Positions 1 through 9,288 of a stretch of 60,277 nt of DNA are shown here, piece by piece. The position numbers and the translations under genes were made by a program. This DNA is from a virus (taxonomy: Duplodnaviria; Caudoviricetes). Position 1 is the stretch's first letter; each line of letters starts with the position of its first letter. The stretch is taken from the IMG/VR virus record IMGVR_UViG_3300042154_003205, positions 1-60,277 of that record; one strand, written 5' to 3'. Under the pieces are notes generated by a model. That model saw only the letters and a list, made by a program, of their open reading frames with translations, had not been told where the DNA came from and did not search any database.

Positions 1-78
1 GCGTCGAGTTCCATTAAGACCTTCTAACAGTGCCTCTTTGGTTTCGCCCCAACGACTTTCTAATAGTTCTTGTGACAT
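1..78 (-). CDS. gp23: Major capsid protein, N-terminal fragment (runs off window)
   Basis: Reverse complement reads MSQELLESRWGETKEALLEGLNGTRR after an AAGGAG RBS. It lies directly downstream of the scaffold and protease genes, as in the T4 order gp21-gp22-gp23. Not in the ORF track. Confidence 0.8.
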   Translation of the reverse strand, partial: MSQELLESRWGETKEALLEGLNGTRR

Positions 79-97
79 TTAAGTCTCCTTGTTAAGA

Positions 98-1186
98 TTA
101 AAGACCTGCCAGGCGCTTGAGGTCAATCACGTTGCTGCGATCTTCCGACACACTGGGAACAGTAGTTTTATCACCAGTTACTGAGGTGACAGATTCTGCA
201 ATTACTTTACGGGCTTTTGCAGATCTATCTTCCAACACTGCTGGTAGATACTTTTCAAAAGCATTTTTCAAACGGGCAGTTTGAACGCTTTCGAGTAAAT
301 TACGCATGACTTCTTGCTTTTCCTGGTTTAAGGGACGTAGCAATTCATCCATTGTGCTTTCACGCTCATTGGATTCACGGATCATACGCAGTTCACGTTC
401 TTTTGACTCCACCACGGTCTTTGCAGTACGGGTGATGTCGATTGCTTTACGCAATTTCTGATCTTTCTCTGCAATAATGTCATACAGTTTACGGACTTCT
501 GCCTTCTCATTGAGATGGGTTGCACCGAACTCTGCTGCATACGCTTCGAAAATACGACGACCAAAATTGTTCTCACGAGCAACTTGGATGTCTTCTTGTA
601 ACTGATTCAACTCAGCCTTGAGATGACGACTAACAGCTTGACTCATTTTGTGAGCTGATTCTTTTACGAAACGGCTCTTCAATTGTTCAAGTTTGCCACG
701 TGCTTCACGTACCAGACGTACCTTTGTCTCTACGACATCGCGTTTGTCTTTGGCGAATTCTGTGATTTCACGTGCCAATGCCTGCACCACGAAGTTTTCG
801 AGTTTTGCAACTCCTTCGGTGTGCATTTTGCGGTCTTTGCGCAATTCGCCAATTTCTTCTGCAAGTTTGCTAACCATGAAGCCGTTAAACTTCTGTGCTG
901 ATTCTTTCATCTTGTGTTGGAACTTGACGCGATCTTCCGTAAGTGCTTGCTTCTCAGCAGCCACTTGCGCAATTTCTGCGGCCAAACCTTCTGTTACCAT
1001 CTTGTCTAGGGCTTCTACCATTACTGTCTTGTCATGCTCATAGCGTTGTGCAAACTCTTCTCTGAGTTCTCCACGCACCTGTTCACGGGCTTCGTTTAGT
1101 TTAGATTCCCAAGCTTCGTTGAGTTCTTGACTAACGTCTTCGTTAATTAGGCCACTATCAAGCAAGGGTTTAATTGCATCAAACAT
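98..1186 (-). CDS. gp22: Prohead core scaffold protein (gp22-like)
   Basis: 362-aa Glu/Lys/Ala-rich coiled coil between the protease and capsid genes; AAGGAG RBS. Confidence 0.75.
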   Translation of the reverse strand: MFDAIKPLLDSGLINEDVSQELNEAWESKLNEAREQVRGELREEFAQRYEHDKTVMVEALDKMVTEGLAAEIAQVAAEKQALTEDRVKFQHKMKESAQKFNGFMVSKLAEEIGELRKDRKMHTEGVAKLENFVVQALAREITEFAKDKRDVVETKVRLVREARGKLEQLKSRFVKESAHKMSQAVSRHLKAELNQLQEDIQVARENNFGRRIFEAYAAEFGATHLNEKAEVRKLYDIIAEKDQKLRKAIDITRTAKTVVESKERELRMIRESNERESTMDELLRPLNQEKQEVMRNLLESVQTARLKNAFEKYLPAVLEDRSAKARKVIAESVTSVTGDKTTVPSVSEDRSNVIDLKRLAGL

Positions 1187-1198
1187 GCCTGGTTCTCC

Positions 1199-1837
1199 TT
1201 AGATTTTGAGATCCCGAATGAGTCTTTTAACTTCATTCTTTAGGTATCTCTGTACTTTGTCGCTTTCGCCAGATTCCCTTGCCATCTCCATCAGTTTATG
1301 ACCGTGCTTCATGTTCATGAGACCTTCATAAATTGCTGTTGGATAAGCATTGGGTGCGCTGGGTTGTGCAACCACATCTATAGTGACAATTTCAAAGTCA
1401 CTTACATGTCCTGTTCTGTCGTCTACGTTGCCGCTGCCACGACTACTGACACCAAGTTTTACACCTGATGTCAGCAATGTCTTAATCAATTCTCCCATGG
1501 GAGTTGGCAGTATTTTCAACTTGCCGCAACCAGCATGTCCGTCCATCCACATGCCTTCAACTGTGTGGCACACACGATCTAAATTTATTTTTAAATCATC
1601 TGGATGGTCCACTTCACCTAGAACGGAGTTACCGCCGCGGATCTGTTCGTTGATGGTTTCAACTGCCTTGATAATTTCATGTCGCGGATAGATACGTTCA
1701 TTTGCATTCTTCTTGTCGCCTTCAATGCAAATGCCTTTGAGGTAGAGATGCTTTTTACCGGCCATATCCGCTTCTTCTAAGACTTGGATATTGGCCTGGC
1801 TAAAAGTTAAATCTTCTCTTAGGTATCTAGATGACAT
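1199..1837 (-). CDS. gp21: Prohead protease (gp21-like)
   Basis: Motifs NANERIYP, GEVDHP, KLGVSSRGSG and DVVAQPSAPNAY are typical of T4 gp21. Confidence 0.92.
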   Translation of the reverse strand: MSSRYLREDLTFSQANIQVLEEADMAGKKHLYLKGICIEGDKKNANERIYPRHEIIKAVETINEQIRGGNSVLGEVDHPDDLKINLDRVCHTVEGMWMDGHAGCGKLKILPTPMGELIKTLLTSGVKLGVSSRGSGNVDDRTGHVSDFEIVTIDVVAQPSAPNAYPTAIYEGLMNMKHGHKLMEMARESGESDKVQRYLKNEVKRLIRDLKI

Positions 1838-1841
1838 CTAA

Positions 1842-2678
1842 TTAAGCCTTACGTCCACCGGGAAGTGGGCTCTTGTTGTTTTGACCTTCACTGCCGGCGC
1901 CCATTTTAGGCTTTGGTGCTGCTGAAGGCTTTTGTGTGCCTTGTGCAGGTGTGTTGCCAACTTTGCCGATCAAGTCTTTGGTGTTGTTGCTGTAAGCAGA
2001 TGTGTCATGATGTCCACCTTCGGCTGCACCAGTGTGTACTGGACGGCTGGCCATGCCTGCTTGTCCGCTGTTGGCTGCATAGGTAGACTTCTTGTTTACG
2101 CCGCCTTCTTCACTGGTCACTGGCTTTGGGGCTGCTTTAAGACTCACAGCTTCCATCATGCCTGGTTCCATTTCGTCAGTGTCGTCCATTTCAATAGCGT
2201 CGCCGCCTTCGTCAGGACCAAATCCATCGCCATCGCCCATGTCGTCACTGCCCATGAGGTCTTCAAACTCGGCCATCAACTGGTCCAATTTGTCTTCTAA
2301 ATTCATGATGTCGTCTTTGGTGGCTGCTTCACTGCTGCCGCCTTCGTCACTCATGCTAAATTCTGCTTCTTCGCCATCGTCGTCCATGGACATGTCCATT
2401 TCTTCGTCGCCTTCGGCTTCCATGTTCATGTCAGATTCTTCTTCCATTTCCACGTCGTCGATTAGGTCATCAGCAGCGTCACCGCCCATCATGCCTTCGT
2501 CTAGCTCTTCTTCGGCTTCGTCCATCTCTTCATGTTTGGCTTCTTCAATATCTTCTTCGGCCATGATATTTTCATAGATTTGACGGCTTTTTTCCACAAC
2601 AATGTCGTGGAATAGTTCGCGGGCTTTCGCCTCTTCGTCATTGATTACATATTCAATCAATTGTTCAAAACGGTTCAT
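1842..2678 (-). CDS. Acidic, Met-rich prohead core-like protein
   Basis: 278-aa protein, extremely D/E/M-rich, in the position of T4 gp67/gp68 between portal and protease; GGAG RBS. Confidence 0.6.
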   Translation of the reverse strand: MNRFEQLIEYVINDEEAKARELFHDIVVEKSRQIYENIMAEEDIEEAKHEEMDEAEEELDEGMMGGDAADDLIDDVEMEEESDMNMEAEGDEEMDMSMDDDGEEAEFSMSDEGGSSEAATKDDIMNLEDKLDQLMAEFEDLMGSDDMGDGDGFGPDEGGDAIEMDDTDEMEPGMMEAVSLKAAPKPVTSEEGGVNKKSTYAANSGQAGMASRPVHTGAAEGGHHDTSAYSNNTKDLIGKVGNTPAQGTQKPSAAPKPKMGAGSEGQNNKSPLPGGRKA

Positions 2679-2709
2679 ATGGGAAACTCCTATAGGTAAA
2701 GTGTGCTGT

Positions 2710-2715
2710 TATTTA
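2710..2715 (-). promoter_or_regulatory. Late promoter (TAAATA)
   Basis: T4-like late -10 box about 30 nt upstream of the 2678 start; a gp55-like sigma is encoded in the window. Confidence 0.5.
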
Positions 2716-2787
2716 CGCACGAGGAGAAAAACACCAGGTTTAAGAGGTAGAAAAGGCGTATAAATGTAAAATTGCTGTCACAATGTT

Positions 2788-3009
2788 TTACATTGCCGGA
2801 GGGGCAGGGGGAGGTGCGTACTGTTTTCGCACCAGTTTGAGTTTTTCCTTGAACTCATAAGTTCTCACATCATTCATTTTACGCAGTTTGTTTAACTGAC
2901 GCAGTGTGAGACGAGTTTTTCGCAAATCACTCTGTTGCGGCTGACTATTGTCTTGCGACAGGTCTTGAAACGCTTCAGGGTCTTTGCGAAAAAATTCGTT
3001 TAACAGCAT
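2788..3009 (-). CDS. Small basic hypothetical head-module protein
   Basis: 73-aa ORF (RKTRLTLRQLNKLRKM) filling the gap after portal, with its own ATAAATA box at 3015-3021. Confidence 0.7.
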   Translation of the reverse strand: MLLNEFFRKDPEAFQDLSQDNSQPQQSDLRKTRLTLRQLNKLRKMNDVRTYEFKEKLKLVRKQYAPPPAPPAM

Positions 3010-3014
3010 GGTGT

Positions 3015-3021
3015 TATTTAT
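3015..3021 (-). promoter_or_regulatory. Late promoter (ATAAATA)
   Basis: 5 nt upstream of the ATG at 3009. Confidence 0.55.
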
Positions 3022-4805
3022 GCTGCACCAGGGGCAGCAGGGGCAGGCGCACCACCAGGTACCACAGGCACAGGTCCAGCACCAGCAGGTGCTCCTGCAC
3101 CGTTGGCAGCCATTCCGGCAACTTCTTCGCCGGTCTCAATATCAGCTTCCAGGGCACCTGGGGTAATACCAATACTACGCAGGTCTTGACCTGCATTGGT
3201 TTCCAGTTCAGGTTCGTCGCGTTCTTCACGCCACATTTCTTCGTTTTCTGCAATTTCTTCTTCAGTTAAACCCAAGAACCGTTGCAACAAGAAACGCTTG
3301 CTCATGTAAGGCAATGCTTCCAACTGTGTAAATGCACCAATACGTGTGGTATCTAACTCGCTTTGACGATAACTGGCAAAGTTTTGAGGTGCATTAAACT
3401 TCAAATCAAACAGGCTAGAGTCTATGTTAAACCCTCGCCATTTCATGAACATCTTAAATTCGTCGTCGAGTTTTTGCACAATTAATGCTTGCAATCGCTC
3501 GCAGTACTGGTTGAATCTGTACTCTTGAATCAGTGCTGTGCCTACTTTTCCGTCGGTCATTGCACGGTCTGAATCGTCTGGTCCTGTGGGCAAGTAACTG
3601 CTAGGCACACGCAAACCACGGGCCATTTTGTTGTTGAAGTATTTCAAGTCATCGATTTCGCCCAGATTCTGTCCGCCTGCCAGGGTGTCTACTGAACTGC
3701 CACGTCCGTCTGCACCCTGGGGAAAGAAGTAGTCTTCGTTGATACTAAGTGGGTTGTAACTGGCATCCATCATGTTGTTGCCGCCACCTGTCATGGTGGG
3801 GATTCTGCGCTGATGCATTTCGTTTTTGACACGTTCCACAAAGGCCATGGCCAAGTGCGATGGCATGTTGCCCACATCAATTTTGAAGATTCGTCGTTCT
3901 GGAGCACGACTCACACGATAGATCAACACAGCATCTTCTAGCAGTTCTTTCTGCTTGAACACCTTGTATATCTGTTCTAATATACTGCGACCAAACGGCC
4001 AAAACACATCCAGGCCTTCGTTCAAACTGATGTGTACCACGTGCTTGGCATCCAAGCAAACTTCGTTCATGGCAGTCATAAAACGACTGTTGCCTACGCC
4101 ACCACCTGTGCCGCCATTGGGCATGGTGTAGTTGGCGTTGCCTGATATGGTGCCTGTCACAGGGTTGGTCATGTAGTCTGTGGTGGTCTTGGCTGCCACA
4201 GTCATGTTTTGAAAGTTGGGGTTGATATCACGAATCACATACTGTTCAGGACGCTTGCCTTCTGATTCGTTCACAATCACGCGGGCCACTTTGCTCATGT
4301 CCACCCACATCATTTCAAATGTTTCTGGATCACGCACAAACACTTGATCGCCATACTTGATGGTGTTGCGGAACAGTTTGAATATGCGCTGGTCTAGTTT
4401 GTTCAGCTTAATCCACTGTTGCAACTGCTTCTTGATGATTGACACTTCGTTGTCTGTGGGCTTGTCACGATAATCAACTTCAAACGGTGTGCCGTTTTGT
4501 TCGTTCATTTGAGTGCTGAACTCAGCAATGATGTCCAGGCATGCATTGATTTCGCTGTCCATGTCCATGTTTTCATATTGATTGTAACGTTCAATACGGT
4601 TGGGGTGTCCCGAGTAAACTTCGGGCAGTCTTGACGCATAGTTGCGAAAAATAAAATCCGCAGGCATGCCTGTGTCCGAGCCATCGTTTTTGGTGTAGCC
4701 AGGCAGGCCAAATTGGTTCCTGCCTGAGATGGGACTCATCACACCAGAAGTGTCTGCCACCTTGAAATACTTTTTCCACGAACCGGATTGTTTGTTGTAT
4801 GCCAT
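3018..4805 (-). CDS. gp20: Portal protein (gp20-like)
   Basis: Motifs LLEDAVLIYRVSRAPERRIFKIDVGNMP, EDYFFP and GGQNLGEIDDLKYF are characteristic of T4 gp20. Confidence 0.95.
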   Translation of the reverse strand: MAYNKQSGSWKKYFKVADTSGVMSPISGRNQFGLPGYTKNDGSDTGMPADFIFRNYASRLPEVYSGHPNRIERYNQYENMDMDSEINACLDIIAEFSTQMNEQNGTPFEVDYRDKPTDNEVSIIKKQLQQWIKLNKLDQRIFKLFRNTIKYGDQVFVRDPETFEMMWVDMSKVARVIVNESEGKRPEQYVIRDINPNFQNMTVAAKTTTDYMTNPVTGTISGNANYTMPNGGTGGGVGNSRFMTAMNEVCLDAKHVVHISLNEGLDVFWPFGRSILEQIYKVFKQKELLEDAVLIYRVSRAPERRIFKIDVGNMPSHLAMAFVERVKNEMHQRRIPTMTGGGNNMMDASYNPLSINEDYFFPQGADGRGSSVDTLAGGQNLGEIDDLKYFNNKMARGLRVPSSYLPTGPDDSDRAMTDGKVGTALIQEYRFNQYCERLQALIVQKLDDEFKMFMKWRGFNIDSSLFDLKFNAPQNFASYRQSELDTTRIGAFTQLEALPYMSKRFLLQRFLGLTEEEIAENEEMWREERDEPELETNAGQDLRSIGITPGALEADIETGEEVAGMAANGAGAPAGAGPVPVVPGGAPAPAAPGAA

Positions 4806-4812
4806 AGTGTAT

Positions 4813-4819
4813 TATTTAT
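4813..4819 (-). promoter_or_regulatory. Late promoter (ATAAATA)
   Basis: 7 nt upstream of the portal ATG; no SD between them. Confidence 0.55.
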
Positions 4820-4821
4820 TG

Positions 4822-7251
4822 TTAGTTGCTGGCTACCTGTGCTAATCGCTCACTGGCCTTGGCAGTGGATGCTTGACTGCGACGAATTTCTTCCAGCAGC
4901 CCAACCATTTGTTGTTGCAGGCCTTGATCACCACCTCTTTGCATTTGTTCTGCAAATTTACTGATATTGGTCACAGCAGACTTGAATTCATCCCCCATGG
5001 TTTCTTTGAAACTTTGACCAATTTGTTCAGCGGCTTCTTTGTCTATTTCCAAACTGGGCATGGCACCCAACAATGCACCTGTGTTGGCTGTTGTGGGCAT
5101 GGCATTGGTTTTGAAGCTGTCAATCTGCTTGAGTATTGCTCCTTGACTGTCAATCAATGCTTGTTGTGCAGGGCCAGTATTCATCATGCCCGAAGATATG
5201 TCTGCATAAGCAGCATCAAAGCCTTTGTTGGCACCTGGATTAACTTTGGTCTTCATGCCACTGGTTATATTGTCAATTGCTTTGAGCATTTCGCTCTGCG
5301 GATCCGCCATTTTGTTCTTTGACCGGTCGCCGGTGACCATGCCAAACAACTTGGTCAAATCAGTATTTTCATCTTTGTTGAGCACACGCTCGCCCCGATG
5401 CAACTGTGCAATAATGTCTTTGGGCTCAAACAGTTTGCCAATTTCACCTGATGTGCCATCTGCTCTTTGTGGAGGATTAAAAGGATCATATCTTGGACCA
5501 CCGGGTACACGTGGTGGTTCTGCTGGTGGCGGTGGGGGATTGGTCACTGATGGCGGTCCGGTTATGATCACCGGCAATGGGTTCTGACGAGTATACGGAT
5601 TAGGAACTGGACTAGGAAATCTTACACCACCTGGTGGTGGGTTTTGTTGCTCAGCCGATGGTCCGGTGACTCCATCGCCAGGTTGGGCCACAGGTATAAT
5701 AGCTGGATTTGTTCCTTCGCCTAGCACAGTGCCAGGACCCAGACCCCCACGTGCATCCAACCCTGCTTTGTTACCAACAATAGGGCCACTGCCTAGTTTT
5801 TTTCTCAGGTCCACCACCAGTTTATTAAACTCAGTGGCCACCGATACCATGGTATTTTTTGCTAGATTTGGAACGCCTGTTTGCACAAATGCCTGCAACG
5901 TCAGCATGGTATCATTTTGTGCCTTGCGTAGTTCTGCTTGTGCATCTACTGTCTTGCCGGCTGTGACAAACTGAGTCTCAGTGGCTGCTTTAGCATCTGC
6001 CAACTGCTGTTCAGAATTTTTCTTTGCCATCATTCCCATTTTGGCAGCATTGCTGTATGCACCAAACAAGTCATCAAACACTCCAACTTTGCCCAACACA
6101 CCCATTTTTTCCAATGTATCACTGCCAGCTTCCAGTGTTCGTTGCCGGGAGGCAGCAAGACCTGCTTCGTCTCCTCGAAAACGTCCTGCTTTTATATCTT
6201 CAGTTTCGCGTAGACCTTGACCTTGAGTCAACATGTTGTATTGTCTAGCTGCTTCGGTTTGCAAATTCCCCGACACAATGTCTGCAAAACCTTTTTCTTG
6301 TCCCATGCTCTTGGCAATGATCAATCTGTCCTGCAACTGCTTGACTTCTTCTGTTTTGCCTTGTCTAGTCAACTCATCTATAGTGGCTGCAAAACGCTGA
6401 TTGCTCATGGCTTCGTCCAGCGCATCTGACTGTTGCTTGGCACTGATACCGGTAAGTTTGGTCAGTGTATCTTGTTCGCGTATGAACTTGACTGCACTGT
6501 CAGCTAATTTTTTATAGTCCTGTTCTTGCCCAAGAGACAATCGATTTTGCATTTTGGCAAATCGCAACGCAGCGTCGGCCTGTTCATTTTCTTCAAGTCC
6601 CAATCTGCGCAAACCTTCTTCATACTTGGCCATACCAGCACCAAGATCAGCAAAGTTCTTGCGACCTTTGGCCACTGTGCCGCCCAGCAGTGCTAGGTCA
6701 TCAGCATTTTGTGCAGCCATGGCCAAAAATCTGTCAAGTTTGTTGACATTCAGTCCCAGTTTTTGAATGTCTTCGAAAAGTCCTTCAATACCGTCAGCAC
6801 CCACAGCTCCGCTTGCAGCCATTTGACTGAAAGCCTCATACATATTGTCAGCTTGGATGTTGGCAGTTTTTGTAAGTTCGGCTCCTTGTTTTAATATCTG
6901 TGTGGTCAAAAACGTAAAAGCAGCAGCCAGTCCTTTGACTATGGCTCCACCAGGCGTCAGCAAACTCAGTCCCACTGCTGCTGTTTGTGCAGCGTTGACC
7001 ATGTTGTCTATGGAACTGTTGAATACTGCGGCACCTTTTTCCCCGCGATACATGGCACGAGTATAGTCGCCCACTGCGTCAGCCAGATTGCCCATGATGC
7101 CGGTAGCAACCTGCACTTTGAATCCAAAGTTTTGTATGCCAGTTTGTGCTTCCAACAGCTTCTGACTGGTTTCGGGCAAAATGTAGCCAAAACGGCGCAT
7201 CTGTTCGTTGACTTCTTCTGTGATCCTGGCGAGGTTTTCTTCTGGCGTCAT
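4822..7251 (-). CDS. Tape-measure-like protein (probable start 7251, MTPEENL)
   Basis: Long Ala/Gly/Gln-rich helical protein with a C-terminal AQLHRGERVL motif like those of tape-measure C-termini; divergent from the gp26-like gene. The ORF-track start at 7335 overlaps the opposite gene. Confidence 0.6.
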   Translation of the reverse strand: MTPEENLARITEEVNEQMRRFGYILPETSQKLLEAQTGIQNFGFKVQVATGIMGNLADAVGDYTRAMYRGEKGAAVFNSSIDNMVNAAQTAAVGLSLLTPGGAIVKGLAAAFTFLTTQILKQGAELTKTANIQADNMYEAFSQMAASGAVGADGIEGLFEDIQKLGLNVNKLDRFLAMAAQNADDLALLGGTVAKGRKNFADLGAGMAKYEEGLRRLGLEENEQADAALRFAKMQNRLSLGQEQDYKKLADSAVKFIREQDTLTKLTGISAKQQSDALDEAMSNQRFAATIDELTRQGKTEEVKQLQDRLIIAKSMGQEKGFADIVSGNLQTEAARQYNMLTQGQGLRETEDIKAGRFRGDEAGLAASRQRTLEAGSDTLEKMGVLGKVGVFDDLFGAYSNAAKMGMMAKKNSEQQLADAKAATETQFVTAGKTVDAQAELRKAQNDTMLTLQAFVQTGVPNLAKNTMVSVATEFNKLVVDLRKKLGSGPIVGNKAGLDARGGLGPGTVLGEGTNPAIIPVAQPGDGVTGPSAEQQNPPPGGVRFPSPVPNPYTRQNPLPVIITGPPSVTNPPPPPAEPPRVPGGPRYDPFNPPQRADGTSGEIGKLFEPKDIIAQLHRGERVLNKDENTDLTKLFGMVTGDRSKNKMADPQSEMLKAIDNITSGMKTKVNPGANKGFDAAYADISSGMMNTGPAQQALIDSQGAILKQIDSFKTNAMPTTANTGALLGAMPSLEIDKEAAEQIGQSFKETMGDEFKSAVTNISKFAEQMQRGGDQGLQQQMVGLLEEIRRSQASTAKASERLAQVASN

Positions 7252-7258
7252 GGTGCTG

Positions 7259-7288
7259 TACCTATAAGTAGAACTATATTTATAGGTA
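7259..7288. promoter_or_regulatory. Face-to-face pair of late promoters in an inverted repeat
   Basis: TATAAGTA on + (7263-7270) and TATAAATA on - (7277-7284), inside the TACCTATAA...TTATAGGTA inverted repeat of a 42-bp intergenic gap. Confidence 0.65.
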
Positions 7289-7293
7289 TCAAA

Positions 7294-8136
7294 ATGACCC
7301 AATCTCACAATCCGCTGCGACAATTTTTCCGACAACCTGCCATCTACTTGAAGTTGCCCAGTGCTGGACGATACTGGCCGGCTGCGTCCTTGGATTTACC
7401 TGCCAACGGTGAACTGCCAATCTATCCCATGACTGCCATTGACGAAATTACCTATCGCACTCCAGATGCCTTGTTCAACGGTCAGGCCGTGGTCACTGTG
7501 ATTCAAAGTTGTGTGCCCAACATAAAAAATGCCTGGCACATGCCCAATATTGATGTCAGCCCGTTGCTGATTGCCATACGCATTGCCAGCTATGGACATG
7601 AGATGGCACTGAACACCACCTGTCCCTCATGCAATCACGAAGAAGAATATGCCTTGGACATGCGCACTGTGCTGGACCAAATTCGTTCACCAGACTTTGC
7701 TGAGACCATTGACTATGGCGATTTGGAAATTGTTTTTAATCCTGTGAACTATGAACAACAAAACGCCAGCAGTATTGCGCAATTTGAACAGCAAAAACTC
7801 TTGAGTGTGTTGCCCGCATCAGACTTGCCAGAAGAAGAAAAGATGACTCGCTTAACACAGGCCATGAAAATCATAACTGATCTCACCATCAACATTGTGA
7901 CTCAAAGCATTGCTGTGATCAAAACACCCGGTGCTGCTGTGACCAACCATGAGCAAATTGAAGAATTTTTGAGAAACTGTGACAGCAAAATTTACAATCA
8001 AATTCGAGATCATGTGGTATCACTGCGACAACAAAGCGAGATTGCACCATTGAAAATTGTCTGTACCGAATGCAGTCATGAATACAATCAACCCATGGAT
8101 CTGGACATTGCAAATTTTTTCGCATCCGCCTCCTAA
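7294..8136 (+). CDS. gp26: Baseplate hub assembly protein (gp26-like), start MTQSHNPL
   Basis: IYLKLPS, PMTAIDE, LLIAIRIASYG and two CxxC pairs (CPSC, CTEC); ends in NFF. Confidence 0.75.
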   Translation: MTQSHNPLRQFFRQPAIYLKLPSAGRYWPAASLDLPANGELPIYPMTAIDEITYRTPDALFNGQAVVTVIQSCVPNIKNAWHMPNIDVSPLLIAIRIASYGHEMALNTTCPSCNHEEEYALDMRTVLDQIRSPDFAETIDYGDLEIVFNPVNYEQQNASSIAQFEQQKLLSVLPASDLPEEEKMTRLTQAMKIITDLTINIVTQSIAVIKTPGAAVTNHEQIEEFLRNCDSKIYNQIRDHVVSLRQQSEIAPLKIVCTECSHEYNQPMDLDIANFFASAS

Positions 8137-8351
8137 TCTCTTCTCCTGAACAAATCAGTTCCTATGTAGACCGCTTAGATCAGGAGGCTGAACAAATCAG
8201 ATCAGAAAGTTTGAGATTGGCCTGGTACATGCGCGGTGGTGCCACATACAACGATGTTATGCAGATGAGTTCCACAGAAAGAAAACTGGTCAGTGAGTTG
8301 GCCAAAGAAAATATTGAAACCACAAAGAAATCTAACTTACCTTACTTTTAA
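8112..8351 (+). CDS. gp51-like C-terminal extension, probably reached by -1 frameshift from gp26
   Basis: Open -1 frame of 76 codons from 8121 (RIRLLISSPEQ...LAWYMRGGATYNDVMQMSSTERK...LPYF*), starting at overlapping slippery heptamers A AAT TTT / T TTT TTC. The first ATG (8229) has no SD at normal spacing. Confidence 0.6.
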   Translation, partial: KFFRIRLLISSPEQISSYVDRLDQEAEQIRSESLRLAWYMRGGATYNDVMQMSSTERKLVSELAKENIETTKKSNLPYF

Positions 8352-8851
8352 TGGATATTGAAACTGTTACTGCTGACATACTGGCATGGAGTGAAACTTT
8401 TGTAGAAGTCCCTCATCCCAGCTTAGGTGGCTGGCCTCCTTGTCCGTTTGCTCGGCAAGCCAGATTGAATAAGACCATACAGGTTTTGACTGGTGCAGAT
8501 CCTTACTTTGATCTGCGCAATCGAGCAAGATGGGGCATGGGCCGGTATGAAGTTATTGTGTATGCTTATGATCCTGAGGAGTGGCCTTATGCATGTTTTC
8601 ACTCCTCAATTGAATCAGCCAACCAAGAAATTTTGCTGGCACGTGACATGCTGGCCCTAGAGGATCACCCTGCTGACGTAGAAAATGTCAACGGGGTCGT
8701 AATGAATCAAGGCAAATATGCCTTGGTACTGGTACAAAGTCTCAGCAAGCTAAACACAGCAGCCAAGCAAATGGGCTCAAAAGGATTCTATCACACCTGG
8801 CCTGAAGAATATCTAACTGGGCTGTTCGAGCACAGAGTGGATCCAAGATGA
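8351..8851 (+). CDS. Hypothetical protein with W..F..PHP.LG..PCPFA motif (DUF6875/DUF1415-like)
   Basis: 166 aa; TAATG overlap with the upstream frame. Family resemblance is from memory of the CPF motif. Confidence 0.5.
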   Translation: MDIETVTADILAWSETFVEVPHPSLGGWPPCPFARQARLNKTIQVLTGADPYFDLRNRARWGMGRYEVIVYAYDPEEWPYACFHSSIESANQEILLARDMLALEDHPADVENVNGVVMNQGKYALVLVQSLSKLNTAAKQMGSKGFYHTWPEEYLTGLFEHRVDPR

Positions 8852-9285
8852 GCAGTTATCAGTTTGCTAGAATTGATCTCAGCAAGACCAACTACAGTAT
8901 AGACGTAGAATGGATGTACATAACTCGGCCAGATATTGCCGTACTCAACACTATCTATCGCGACTATTGCATTTACAAAAAGTTTTCAAGTGTGATGCCC
9001 ATATTTGATGCACGTTATACAGATCCAATGACTGATATAATTGGATACTATGACCGGGCCAAGTTAGTGGCATTTTCGTTGATCAAACGTTATGACGAAC
9101 ACAATGCCTTGTGCGATCAGTTTGCGTGGACTTACCACAATCCCAAATTAAGAATGGGCATAGAAACAATGAAAACAGAGTGTGCCATATACAAAGCACG
9201 AGGATTCCGATACTTGTACCTTGAACAAGCACACTTGTACAAAAGTGAAATAGACGGATTTGAAATATTAGGACCACTGGAGTAA
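8848..9285 (+). CDS. Ate1/Bpt-like aminoacyl-tRNA--protein transferase C-terminal (GNAT-like) domain
   Basis: KLVAFS, KLRMG..TM.TE, KARGFRYLYL and YKS..GFEILG resemble the ATE_C pattern (LG...L.EI...K..G..Y.YLG...YK....E.L); ATGA overlap. Confidence 0.55.
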   Translation: MSSYQFARIDLSKTNYSIDVEWMYITRPDIAVLNTIYRDYCIYKKFSSVMPIFDARYTDPMTDIIGYYDRAKLVAFSLIKRYDEHNALCDQFAWTYHNPKLRMGIETMKTECAIYKARGFRYLYLEQAHLYKSEIDGFEILGPLE

Positions 9286-9288
9286 ATT

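Noticed and set aside
2796-2816. G-rich tract as a G-quadruplex regulatory element
   Set aside because: It is explained by the Pro-rich C-terminus (PPPAPPA) encoded on the minus strand.
6985-7335. Apparent long overlap of the tape-measure and gp26 ORFs
   Set aside because: An artefact of maximal ORF calling. The ATGs at 7251 (-) and 7294 (+), each with a late promoter, remove the overlap.
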